Shown here piece after piece: positions 48,579-57,715 of a stretch of DNA of 64,000 nt. Within the stretch, counting starts at the first letter, position 1, and each line of letters opens with the position of its first letter. Position numbers and translations under genes: made by a program. A model generated the notes under the pieces. It saw only the letters and a program-made list of their open reading frames with translations. It made no database searches and was not told the origin of the DNA. This stretch comes from an uncultured Acidobacteriota bacterium (lineage in GTDB: Bacteria; Acidobacteriota; Terriglobia; Terriglobales; Acidobacteriaceae): positions 87,529-151,528 of the forward strand of contig CAVPCD010000009.1 in the NCBI GenBank assembly GCA_963702345.1, read 5' to 3'.

Positions 48579-49760
48579 TTATACCGCGAGATCGACCGAA
48601 ATGAAGCGCTCAAATACTTCGTTCGAAAGCATTCTGCCCCTGGCGGTGAGGCGAATTGTGGCAGCGTCTTTTCCGAGGAGGCCTGCTTCCGTCAGCTCAA
48701 AAATAGTCTGGTTGTAGGCACTCACTTGATTCTCGCCAAACTCCAGCCTCAACGTCCGCAGATCAACTCCTTTATTCATCCGCAATCCCAGAAAGAATGC
48801 TTCCTGCAACGCGTCTTCTGACGATACGACTGTGCGTTCTTTGGCGGCGCCGGATAGATATTTTTCCAGCGAATCGGAATTTGAGAATCGCACCGCAGCG
48901 GCTGTGCCTGCCGAGCGCAGCATGGAATGCGCATCGACTCCAAATCCCAAATAAGATTGCCGCGTCCAATATTTCAGATTGTGTCTGGATTCGAAGCCGG
49001 CGCGAGCAAAGTTTGAAATCTCGTATTGTCGGATTCCGGCGGCATCAAGGCGCTTACCCGCGATCTCATATATGTCGGCGGTCAGGTCTTCATCAGGGAC
49101 GAAGTGGGCATGATACTTTTGTCCCCCGGCAATCAGTTCACGCCCCAGGCGGGAATCATCATCGACCTCGAGCATGTAGATGCTGGCATGGGGCGCGTCC
49201 AAAGAAATTAATTCATTCAGCGAAGCTTCGCAACTCTCGCGAGTCTGGTGCGGAAGCCCGGCGATCAAATCAATATTAATGTTCAAAATTCCCGCCGATC
49301 GCAACCGCGCGATATCGTCAATAACCGTAGAGCGTTTGTGCATGCGTCCGACAGATGCTGACTCTGTATCGTTAAAAGATTGCACTCCGAGGCTCACGCG
49401 ATTGACTCCGCAGCGTTGTAGAGTCTCAAGACCAGACGAAGTCAAAGTGCCGGGTGCACATTCGACGGTGATTTCCGCTTCCGCATTCACCTCGAAATTT
49501 TGCCGAATCGTGACAAAGATACGTTCCAGCTGTGTAACATCCAGAAGTGTGGGGGTGCCACCGCCCAAGTAGATGGTGTCCACAGCGCGGTCGAGCAAAC
49601 CGCGCATCTGGTCGGTCGTTTGGACTGCCCGCTTAATCTCGATACACACCCGGGCAACGTATTTTTCGAACACTGCGCGCGAGAAAACATCAGATGCGAA
49701 GTTGCAATAGCTGCACTTGGTCTTGCAGAAGGGGACGGAAATGTACAATCCCAGCGGCAT
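48579..49760 (-). CDS. hemW: Radical SAM heme chaperone HemW (HemN-like, oxygen-independent coproporphyrinogen oxidase family)
   Basis: MPLGLYISVPFCKTKCSYCNF (CxxxCxxC) at the N-terminus when started at ATG 49760. The ORF track starts 17 codons earlier, at 49811. Confidence 0.85.
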   Translation of the reverse strand: MPLGLYISVPFCKTKCSYCNFASDVFSRAVFEKYVARVCIEIKRAVQTTDQMRGLLDRAVDTIYLGGGTPTLLDVTQLERIFVTIRQNFEVNAEAEITVECAPGTLTSSGLETLQRCGVNRVSLGVQSFNDTESASVGRMHKRSTVIDDIARLRSAGILNINIDLIAGLPHQTRESCEASLNELISLDAPHASIYMLEVDDDSRLGRELIAGGQKYHAHFVPDEDLTADIYEIAGKRLDAAGIRQYEISNFARAGFESRHNLKYWTRQSYLGFGVDAHSMLRSAGTAAAVRFSNSDSLEKYLSGAAKERTVVSSEDALQEAFFLGLRMNKGVDLRTLRLEFGENQVSAYNQTIFELTEAGLLGKDAATIRLTARGRMLSNEVFERFISVDLAV

Positions 49761-49937
49761 CTGTATGATTATCCCACTTGCACGCAGCGTGTAGGATGTG
49801 GGCCGACACAACTAACGTCCCGTCCCTGGGTTTCAGAAAGTTTTAGGAAGAAATTGCTTTCGCAATAAGTAAGGCCCGCAAGCCAAGACCCGGGCGGTTT
49901 TGCAGCCATTTAAGCAAAGCATAAAGTACACTTACTC

Positions 49938-51188
49938 ATGGTTCCTCGCGTTGTGATAACTGGGATGGGCGCGGTCAGCCCGAATGGAATTGGCAAAGAG
50001 GCTTTCTGTCGCGCCGTTCTGGCTGGAAAGTCGGGAGTAAAGCGCATTTCGCGCTTCGACTCTTCTAAGTTGCCGGTGCACATTGCGGGCGAAATTCCCG
50101 AGTTTGATGAGTTGGCGTGGGTGGAACCTCGCGAGCGGAAGCACGTTTCCCGGGTTGTGCCGCTTTGCCTGGCCGCGACTTCGGAGGCGGTGAATGATGC
50201 CGGCCTCGACACGGCTTCGATGTCGGTGGACGAAAAACGGCAAATCGGGGTTGTGCTGGGAACCGGTGGCGGCGCGCAGGAATTTTCTGAAGAACAATAC
50301 CGCTTGTGGCACAGCGGCAAAGAAAAACAAGTAAGCCTTTTCTGTGTTCCCAGTGGAACCATGGGGACGATCCCGAGTGAAATCAGCATGCGGTTTGGAT
50401 TTCGCGGCTACAGCCACGTGGTCACTGCGGGGTGCACTTCATCCACCGATGCCCTCGGTTATGCCTATCAACACATTCAATCCGGAGTACAGCCCCTGTT
50501 TGTCGCCGGCGGCGTGGACTCGCCTATCACTGCGGGCATCGTCAAAGGGTATTCGCTGCTTCGCGCGTTGACTCAATCGTGGAACGATCAGCCTGAGCGC
50601 GCATCGCGTCCGTTCTCCGCCGATCGTGATGGATTTGTTCTGGCTGAGGGGTCCTGGATGTTTGTGCTCGAAGAATACGAACACGCCAAGGCTCGCGGGG
50701 CTCGGATTTACGCCGAGATTACCGGCTACGGCGCAACGTGCGAGGCCTACCATCGCGTGCGCATGAGCGATTCGCCGGAAGAACCGGCCCGTGCCGTCTC
50801 GCTGGCTCTCGACGAAGCCGGCATCGGACCCGCCGACATCCAGTACGTTAGTTTGCACGGCACCTCAACCGAAATGAATGACCGCGTGGAAACCCGGGCG
50901 ATCAAACTCGCTCTGGGGAAGCACGCTTACAAGATACCCATGTCCGGGCTTAAATCGCAGATCGGTCACGCGCAAGGGGCATGCGGTTCGGCCAGTGTTG
51001 CCTCCACATTGATCGCCATGGAGCACGGGCTGGTGCCGCCGACCATCAATCTCGAAAACCCCGACCCGAATTGCGACCTGGATTACGTGCAGGACATCGG
51101 GCGCAAAGCATCGATCGAACACGCGATCTGCAATTGCGTCGGCTTCGGATCCAAAAATTCAGCGCTCGTACTAAAGAAGACCGCGTAA
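49938..51188 (+). CDS. fabF: Beta-ketoacyl-ACP synthase II
   Basis: 416 aa. VVITGMGAVSPNG, active-site TAGCTSS, HGTSTEMND and GHAQGACG. Confidence 0.88.
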   Translation: MVPRVVITGMGAVSPNGIGKEAFCRAVLAGKSGVKRISRFDSSKLPVHIAGEIPEFDELAWVEPRERKHVSRVVPLCLAATSEAVNDAGLDTASMSVDEKRQIGVVLGTGGGAQEFSEEQYRLWHSGKEKQVSLFCVPSGTMGTIPSEISMRFGFRGYSHVVTAGCTSSTDALGYAYQHIQSGVQPLFVAGGVDSPITAGIVKGYSLLRALTQSWNDQPERASRPFSADRDGFVLAEGSWMFVLEEYEHAKARGARIYAEITGYGATCEAYHRVRMSDSPEEPARAVSLALDEAGIGPADIQYVSLHGTSTEMNDRVETRAIKLALGKHAYKIPMSGLKSQIGHAQGACGSASVASTLIAMEHGLVPPTINLENPDPNCDLDYVQDIGRKASIEHAICNCVGFGSKNSALVLKKTA

Positions 51189-51226
51189 AATCTGTTCTGC
51201 AGCGTTCATTCCGTCTGCTTGAATCT

Positions 51227-52306
51227 GTGAGCGGCTCCTCAATCCTGAAATTGTTACTGGTTGCGCTTGTGCCCGCGCTTGCGTCCGCCCAGATACAACC
51301 TAAGCCATACTTATTTCGCATGGAGCAAACCACCCTTGAATCCCACCAATGCGTCTTGTTGCAGAAAACAGGCTTCTTCCATTTGGAAGCCGATAGTGGT
51401 GATTCGACCAAAGTGTTTGAGGGAACGCTGAGCACCGAGGGACTTCTGCGGATTCAAAGCGATCTTCAGGATCCCGAACTGCGAGCGCTTTCGCAGGAAC
51501 AGATCGAAGAGCCGCTGATTCGCAGATCTGAATTCCTGCGGCTGGAAGTTTTGCGGGACGATCACTGGCAGGAGCTTACTTTTCGCAGCGCCGAAAGCCA
51601 GGATCCGTACGGTAATTCGCTGCAGCCGATTGTCCGCTGGCTGAATGATCTGCATAAAGTGCCACACAAAGAATTGTCAGAAGACGCGGGGAAAAATAAT
51701 TGCCTGCCGCCTGGCAAAATTGCGCTCAAGAAAAGAAGCGAAGAAGCGCCGTCCGAGCCCGCACTCACAGCCGGCAAGAATTCCACGCCGCTAGGTTCGT
51801 CGAATTCCACAGCTGCGACGACTGAGCCGGTGCCAACCTTGTTGCAACTCTCCTCATTAAGCGTGAAATCGCATGTGGCGCGCCAAGCCTGCGTTCTCAT
51901 CGTCGCAAATGGTTTCTATCGGGCCGAAGAGCAGGAACAAAAAGAGGGAAGCAAAAAAGTCGAAACGAGAATCACCGGCGGACAATTCGCACCTCAAGAA
52001 ATTTCGCAATTGCAGCAAATCTTGAATGAGCCCGCAATCGCAGGAATCCATCATCGGAAGACTTCGCAGATGACGCTGCCCATGTCTGGCGAAATGTTGA
52101 ATCTCCAAATTTACAGACCCTCAAGCGTGCAGGACGTGGTTCTTTCCAGCACCTTCAACCGGCGTGACATTCCGTTTTTCTATTCGGGCGATGGCGACAT
52201 CAGCAGCGCCCAGCCGCTCCTGAAATTTGTAACTGAACATGTGTGGACAGCGGGATCGGGAAGGTTGGACCCGAGCTTGCGGAACGATTGCCAGAGCGCG
52301 CCTTGA
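51227..52306 (+). CDS. Secreted hypothetical protein
   Basis: The ORF track frame opens at 50981 inside fabF. After the fabF stop, the first start giving a signal peptide is GTG 51227 (SSILKLLLVALVPALASAQ). No family recognised. Confidence 0.45.
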   Translation: MSGSSILKLLLVALVPALASAQIQPKPYLFRMEQTTLESHQCVLLQKTGFFHLEADSGDSTKVFEGTLSTEGLLRIQSDLQDPELRALSQEQIEEPLIRRSEFLRLEVLRDDHWQELTFRSAESQDPYGNSLQPIVRWLNDLHKVPHKELSEDAGKNNCLPPGKIALKKRSEEAPSEPALTAGKNSTPLGSSNSTAATTEPVPTLLQLSSLSVKSHVARQACVLIVANGFYRAEEQEQKEGSKKVETRITGGQFAPQEISQLQQILNEPAIAGIHHRKTSQMTLPMSGEMLNLQIYRPSSVQDVVLSSTFNRRDIPFFYSGDGDISSAQPLLKFVTEHVWTAGSGRLDPSLRNDCQSAP

Positions 52307-52311
52307 TTGCA

Positions 52312-53790
52312 CTATACGATTTTCGCAACCAGATCGTAATCATGGGTTTCAGTGACCTGGCAACGGTAGAATTCGCCAGCGGCCGGAACCAAACCCTCGG
52401 GGACGTCAGCGATGTAGAGCTTGCCGTCAATTTCCGGAGCGTGCATGGCGCCGCGCCCTTCGAGAAGAAGATCGCTCTCTTCCGACGGGCCTTCGAGCAC
52501 AACATCGAATTCCTGGCCCCGCAACTGTTTCTTTCTGCGCCGGCTGATCTGCTTTTGGATTTGCATCAGGTGCTTGCGGCGGCGTTCGATTTCTCGCGGC
52601 GAAACTTTTTCATCCAGTGAGAACGCAGCTGCGCCTTCCTGGTCAGAATAGGAAAAAGTTCCCATCCAGTCGAACTCGACTTCTTTCACGAAGCCGCACA
52701 GGTCTTCGAAGTCTTGTTCGCTCTCGCCGGGAAACCCGACTATGAACGATGTGCGTAGAGTTACTCCGAGAATCGTCTTGCGCATCTTTTCGATGGTTCG
52801 CAGGAAAATATCTGCGCTTCCGCCCCGCTTCATTCGTTTCAGCACCGCCGCAGAAGCGTGCTGCAAGGGAACATCCACGTAGGAACAGATTTTTTCATGA
52901 CCGGCGATGGTGTCCAGCAGACGCTGCGTAATCTTGTTCGGATAGGCGTACAGGAACCGCACCCACCGCAGGCCGTCAATGGCCGCGAGTTTCTCCAGTA
53001 GCAATGCCAGTCCGTCTTTCAGTCCGAAATCTTCGCCATAGCAGGTCGTATCCTGGCCGATCAGCGTGATCTCGCGCACCCCGGAATGCGCCAACCGCTC
53101 GGCTTCCGCGATCACTGACTCAAATCGTCGCGACCGGAATTTCCCGCGCAATTGCGGAATTATGCAGAACCCGCAGGGATGATCACAGCCCTCGGCAATC
53201 TTTATGTAGGCAGAATATTTGGGCGTCGCCAGCACTCGCGGAGTGGCTTCGTCATATAAATAATTCGGCAAGTCGGCGATGGCGCCTTCCCAATTTTCGC
53301 GGGAGAACCGGCCGTTGGCGGCGCGTGCATCGCCCTCCGGACGCGAAGTCAGAATGCGAAATGGCGAATCAACCGGCGCAGTTGGAACGCGCGGCGCGAT
53401 CCCCGCCGCATCCAGAATGCTTTCCAGTTCTCCGGTTCCCACCACTGCGTCAACTTCCGGAATGTTTTTGCGAATGTCGTCTCGAAAACGCTCCACCAGG
53501 CATCCGGCCACAACTAGCTTGCGAGCCTTACCGGACTTGAGCCGGGCCATCTCAAGGATGGTGTTCACCGATTCCTGCTGCGCGCTCTCGATGAACGAGC
53601 AGGTATTTACGACGATGACCTCGGCGTCTTCGGCAGACGAAACCAATTCCGCCCCGGCTTGCGCCAGCATGCCCATCATGACCTCGCTATCGACAAGGTT
53701 TTTGGGGCACCCCAGGCTTACAAATCCAACTTTCGTAGGAGAAGATTCAGGCGCTTCGGGGCTGGCTACAGACGACGATTTTGATGACAT
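52312..53790 (-). CDS. rimO: Ribosomal protein S12 methylthiotransferase RimO
   Basis: 492 aa. UPF0004 domain (VSLGCPKNLVDSE), radical SAM CDHPCGFC, and a C-terminal TRAM-like domain. Confidence 0.9.
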   Translation of the reverse strand: MSSKSSSVASPEAPESSPTKVGFVSLGCPKNLVDSEVMMGMLAQAGAELVSSAEDAEVIVVNTCSFIESAQQESVNTILEMARLKSGKARKLVVAGCLVERFRDDIRKNIPEVDAVVGTGELESILDAAGIAPRVPTAPVDSPFRILTSRPEGDARAANGRFSRENWEGAIADLPNYLYDEATPRVLATPKYSAYIKIAEGCDHPCGFCIIPQLRGKFRSRRFESVIAEAERLAHSGVREITLIGQDTTCYGEDFGLKDGLALLLEKLAAIDGLRWVRFLYAYPNKITQRLLDTIAGHEKICSYVDVPLQHASAAVLKRMKRGGSADIFLRTIEKMRKTILGVTLRTSFIVGFPGESEQDFEDLCGFVKEVEFDWMGTFSYSDQEGAAAFSLDEKVSPREIERRRKHLMQIQKQISRRRKKQLRGQEFDVVLEGPSEESDLLLEGRGAMHAPEIDGKLYIADVPEGLVPAAGEFYRCQVTETHDYDLVAKIV

Positions 53791-53906
53791 GCAATCTTTT
53801 TATTTTAGCATCCTGATTACTAATCGACGGAAAAGCGGTCAATCCTGGATGCATGAGCGAAAGACGCGGGTGTGTTGTCGAGCCTGCAATGTATGCCCGT
53901 TTAATC

Positions 53907-53979
53907 TATGAATTTATGGATTTGCGTGTCGCGCTCCAACGCCATTTTATGAATTTATGGATTAGTGCGCAGCTCCAAC
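53907..53979. promoter_or_regulatory. Tandem direct repeat (two units of about 33 bp, 41-bp period) in the rimO / TonB-receptor divergent region
   Basis: R1 53907-53940 TATGAATTTATGGATTtgcgtgtcgcGCTCCAAC. R2 53948-53979 TATGAATTTATGGATTagtgcgcaGCTCCAAC. Each unit starts with the tandem 8-mers TATGAATT TATGGATT. Confidence 0.4.
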
Positions 53980-54019
53980 TGGCAGAAACGATTAGGCAAG
54001 CAGGCTCGGTCGAACTAGG

Positions 54020-54048
54020 TTGACAGTCGCAAATCAGCAGTGATAAAA
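54020..54048 (+). promoter_or_regulatory. Sigma70-like promoter candidate for the TonB-dependent-receptor-like gene
   Basis: TTGACA (54020-54025), a 17-nt spacer, then ATAAAA (54043-54048), or GATAAA with a 16-nt spacer. About 125 nt upstream of ATG 54173. Confidence 0.35.
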
Positions 54049-54172
54049 GTGCCACACTGTCACGCTCGTCGCTCTGCTCCTTTTGCACCGTCGCACTGTC
54101 GCTGAGCGGCGTACAACACACAATTTTTGGCGCCGCGCGTCTGAATTGAAAAACTTAATCGAGGTCTCCCCA

Positions 54173-57100
54173 ATGAACGACCGTTCGGTTCAATACTCAA
54201 CTTCGGCAATACTGGTTTCCTTTCTGCTCGCCGTCATGCTGCTGGCTTGCGGTGACGCATCGGCCCAGCAGGCCACTGCTCAACTGGGCGGGAAAATTAC
54301 GGACACCACCGGCGCTGTGGTGGTAGGGGCAGAGGTCGCCCTTAAAAACTCCCAAACCGGCTTTAGCCGAAAGACCACTTCCAACAACGACGGAGAATAT
54401 GTTTTCCCGTTGGTTCCGATCGGCCAGTATGAGATCACGGTCAAGCAGAAATCCTTCCAGAGCTATCAGCAAAAGGGGATTACCCTCGAGATCAATCAAA
54501 ACGCAAAAGTAGATGTCGCGCTACGCGCCGGTGCGCCCTCGGAAGTTATCGAGGTCAATGCAAACGCCACTCAAGTCGACACTCAGTCTGCGACCCTCGG
54601 AAAAGTTGAAACCACTCAGCGAATTGAAGACTTACCTTTGGTCGAACGCGACACAATGCAAATGGGACTTCTCCAGGCAGGAGTGTTCGTGCCGGAAGCG
54701 GAGGACGGTTCCGGCAATCCTTTTTCGGTCAGTGGTCAGCGCTCCGAATCCATGACGTTTTTGATCGATGGATCTGACAATAACGACTTCCTGGGAAACA
54801 ATATGGTCGTCGATCCCAACCCTGACGCTGTCGCGGAATTTAAGATACTTACGAATAATTATGAAGCCGAGTATGGACGCACCTCTGGCGGTATTGTTAA
54901 TCAGGTCATCAAATCCGGAACTAATAACATCCACGGCAGCTTATTTGAGTTCTTCCGCAATACTGCTCTTGACTCCAGCGATTACTTTCTTACCACCCAG
55001 AATGCTGACGGCTCGTTTACCCACAATGTTCCCGATTTCAAGCGCAATGCGTTTGGCGGAACCATTGGACTTCCGATCAAGAAGGATAAGGCGTTCTTCT
55101 TTGCCTCGTACCAGGGAATCCGGCGCCGCGAAGGTCAAATCGCGCCGCAGTTTCAGACTTTGAGTCCGGCTGAGCGAACTGGCAACTTCAGCGAACTGCT
55201 GCCAGGAACGCAACTTGTGAATCCGGTCGACGGAAGCAACTATGTGAACAACCAGGTGCCGGTTGACCCGGTAATCGCGAACTACATCGCCAAGTACGTT
55301 CCCCTGCCCAACACCCCTGGCAATGGGTTTATTTCCGCTCCGGATGCGCAGCTCTCCGACGACCAGTTCGCCTTCCGCTTCGATTACAACCTGTCCAGCA
55401 AAGACTCTTTGTCAGCGTTTTATGTTTTTGACGACCAGCCCCAGACTTTTCCTTTCGAAATCCTGCATGGCGCTTCAACCGGAGGCGATGTTCCCAACGG
55501 AAGTGGCTTCAGCAACGCGCAGCGCTTTCAAACCGGATCGTTGAGCTGGGTCCGAACAATTTCGCCGGAGTTGGTCAATGAATTCAGGTTCAGTACGAAT
55601 CGGGCCGCGAGTTTCCAGGCGAATCCGGCCGATCACACAACTCCGCAGGAGTTGGGATTCACCACCGTTCATCCAGATGACCCGGCCGGCGCCGCGCCGC
55701 CGCCGATGGTGGTAAACGGATACTTCAGTTTGGGGCCATCTCCGCAAGGGCCGACCACCCTGCACGACACGACTTTTCAGTATCAGGACACCTTGACTTG
55801 GGCGAAAGGTCGTCATCAGTTTAAAGTTGGTGCCGATCTGCGTTGGGTTGAGAATAACTTCAATTTTGATTTCTACAACAACGGCAGCTTTTTCTTTAAC
55901 GATTTCGGATCCTTCACGGGCAATGGCCTGGCTGACTTCGTGGGTGGTTTCTACGATAACTACTTCCAGTTCTCAACCGCGCGTTACGGGATTCGCACTC
56001 ATTCCCTGTATTTCTTTGGACAGGATGAATGGAAACTTACAAGTAATTTCACCCTCGATTATGGTCTGCGTTATGAATACAACTCGCCGCAGATCGACCC
56101 ACACAACCAGATTATTGGCTGGTACCCAGGCCACCAATCGACCGTTTTCCCGGCTTCGCCCCCAGACTTTTTGTATCCCGGCGACCCTGGCACCCCGAAT
56201 CGCGGGTTGATCTATCCCGACAAAAACAACTTTGCACCCCGCCTGGGTTTTGCGTGGGACATGCTGGGAAATGCGAAGTTAGTGATGCGCGGAGGCTATG
56301 GCATTTTCTACGACATCGAAGATGGCGCGTTGAATTTGCAGTTTGGCGGGCAGCCCCCTTACGGCTACGCGGCGAATAATTTTCCCGACTACACCGGCGT
56401 GACACCGACGCAGCCAGGATCTTTCGTGGGCGACCCATTTACGCCTTTCGGCTACCCTAATCCATATCCGTTTGCCGGTAAGACCGGACAATTTTTCAGC
56501 CCTGCAATTCCATTTGCGTACGTTGTATCACCACATTTCCGTACGCCGTATGCGATGAACTTTAACTACGGCTTCCAGTATCAGCTTACAAAAGACACGA
56601 TGCTGGAGGCGGTGTACGTTGGAAGCTTAAGCCGGAAGGCGATTGCGAGCACGGAAACTAATTTCCCAACCCTCTCAGCATTGCAAGCGCAACTGGCAGC
56701 AGCGGGAGGCGATCCGAATGCTCTGAACCCTGAGTGCGCAAGGCCGCTAGCGGCTTGCGATGTCAATGGAAATCCCACCGGGGCACAGCAGATCGAGACG
56801 AATGTTAGTGACGCTAATTCATCCAGCAACCAGCTGCAAGTCACGGTTGACAGGCGGATGAGCCACGGGCTCCTGTTCCGGGCAGCGTACACTCTCTCAA
56901 AGACTATCGACGACTCGTCAGGCTTCAGAGCGCGTTCCTCAACCTATACCGACCCTTTGAATCCGGCTTTGGATCGCGGCCTAGCCGACTTCGACGCCCG
57001 GCAGCGGTTCGTCCTCAGCCCCATCTGGCAAATACCACTTGGAACCAAGGGGACGTCTTTTCTGAGCAAGGTGGCCGGAGGGTGGTCTGTCGCCAGTGTT

Positions 57101-57649
57101 ATTAGCTTCCAGTCTGGAAATCCTTTCAGCCTCTTCTCGAATAACAATTCGAGCGAATCGGATAATTTCCTGGACCGGCCCGATATCATTGGGCCCGTTC
57201 AGATATTCAGCGACCCGCGGCAACTCCGCACCTTCAGCCCGAGTTCGGACGGGATACACGGGAGCTGCCTGAGCGGTACTACTACTGGCCACTTCTGGTT
57301 CGACCCCACCAATATCGATTGTGCTAACGCCCCTTTTACGCCCGGCGGTGTTCCGCTGTTCAGCCATGGCAATATGGGCCGCAATACATTGCGGGGACCT
57401 GGAATTAATAACTGGGATATCTCACTCTTGAAGGATTTCAAGTTCACCGAGAGCAAGTCTCTGCAATTCCAGGCGAGCTTCTTCAACGCCTTCAACCACG
57501 TCCAATTCTTGGGGCCGAGTTCAACCGAAGGAGCGTCGGGTTTCAGTGGTCAGTTTGGGCAGGTTACGTCTGACACGAGCCAGTCAACCACGACTGCCTA
57601 CTACCGAGGCCCGAGGTTGATTCAGTTTGCGCTGAAGTTCTACTACTGA
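54173..57649 (+). CDS. TonB-dependent-receptor-like outer-membrane protein with CarboxypepD_reg-like N-terminal domain
   Basis: ATG 54173 gives the signal peptide LLAVMLLACGDASAQQ (the ORF track starts at 54083). GKITDTTGAVVVGAEVALKN. 1158 aa ending in the OMP terminal strand FALKFYY. Confidence 0.8.
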   Translation: MNDRSVQYSTSAILVSFLLAVMLLACGDASAQQATAQLGGKITDTTGAVVVGAEVALKNSQTGFSRKTTSNNDGEYVFPLVPIGQYEITVKQKSFQSYQQKGITLEINQNAKVDVALRAGAPSEVIEVNANATQVDTQSATLGKVETTQRIEDLPLVERDTMQMGLLQAGVFVPEAEDGSGNPFSVSGQRSESMTFLIDGSDNNDFLGNNMVVDPNPDAVAEFKILTNNYEAEYGRTSGGIVNQVIKSGTNNIHGSLFEFFRNTALDSSDYFLTTQNADGSFTHNVPDFKRNAFGGTIGLPIKKDKAFFFASYQGIRRREGQIAPQFQTLSPAERTGNFSELLPGTQLVNPVDGSNYVNNQVPVDPVIANYIAKYVPLPNTPGNGFISAPDAQLSDDQFAFRFDYNLSSKDSLSAFYVFDDQPQTFPFEILHGASTGGDVPNGSGFSNAQRFQTGSLSWVRTISPELVNEFRFSTNRAASFQANPADHTTPQELGFTTVHPDDPAGAAPPPMVVNGYFSLGPSPQGPTTLHDTTFQYQDTLTWAKGRHQFKVGADLRWVENNFNFDFYNNGSFFFNDFGSFTGNGLADFVGGFYDNYFQFSTARYGIRTHSLYFFGQDEWKLTSNFTLDYGLRYEYNSPQIDPHNQIIGWYPGHQSTVFPASPPDFLYPGDPGTPNRGLIYPDKNNFAPRLGFAWDMLGNAKLVMRGGYGIFYDIEDGALNLQFGGQPPYGYAANNFPDYTGVTPTQPGSFVGDPFTPFGYPNPYPFAGKTGQFFSPAIPFAYVVSPHFRTPYAMNFNYGFQYQLTKDTMLEAVYVGSLSRKAIASTETNFPTLSALQAQLAAAGGDPNALNPECARPLAACDVNGNPTGAQQIETNVSDANSSSNQLQVTVDRRMSHGLLFRAAYTLSKTIDDSSGFRARSSTYTDPLNPALDRGLADFDARQRFVLSPIWQIPLGTKGTSFLSKVAGGWSVASVISFQSGNPFSLFSNNNSSESDNFLDRPDIIGPVQIFSDPRQLRTFSPSSDGIHGSCLSGTTTGHFWFDPTNIDCANAPFTPGGVPLFSHGNMGRNTLRGPGINNWDISLLKDFKFTESKSLQFQASFFNAFNHVQFLGPSSTEGASGFSGQFGQVTSDTSQSTTTAYYRGPRLIQFALKFYY

Positions 57650-57675
57650 CGAGAGCTCACGGCTTGAGGGTTTAA

Positions 57676-57705
57676 GGGGGAGCAGGTCTGCTCCCCCTTT
57701 TTTTT
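57676..57705 (+). terminator. Rho-independent terminator
   Basis: GGGGGAGCAG-gt-CTGCTCCCCC followed by TTTTTTTT, 27 nt after the stop at 57649. It lies between convergent genes, so it may also serve the minus-strand peptidase gene. Confidence 0.85.
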
Positions 57706-57715
57706 ATTAGTACGA

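Noticed and set aside
49761-49937. Imperfect palindrome CCCACTTGCACGCAGCGTGTAGGATGTGGG upstream of hemW, with CCCAC/GTGGG ends reminiscent of the REP head.
   Set aside because: Arm pairing is poor beyond the 5-bp ends, and it lacks the GGACA/TGTCC or GACAGCCG cores. This is not enough to call a repeat copy.
50981-51226. Open frame overlapping the 3' end of fabF, listed as part of a 441-aa ORF.
   Set aside because: It is out of frame with the well-supported fabF. The signal peptide of the downstream protein only begins after the fabF stop.
53791-54172. Possible cobalamin or other riboswitch, or a small RNA, in the 382-bp region upstream of the TonB-dependent-receptor-like gene. It also contains a 71-aa minus-strand ORF at 53906-54121.
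   Set aside because: I could not find a B12-box-like consensus or any riboswitch core I recognise. The 71-aa ORF spans the direct repeats and has no RBS or protein-like composition. Only the repeats and the promoter-like hexamers are reported.
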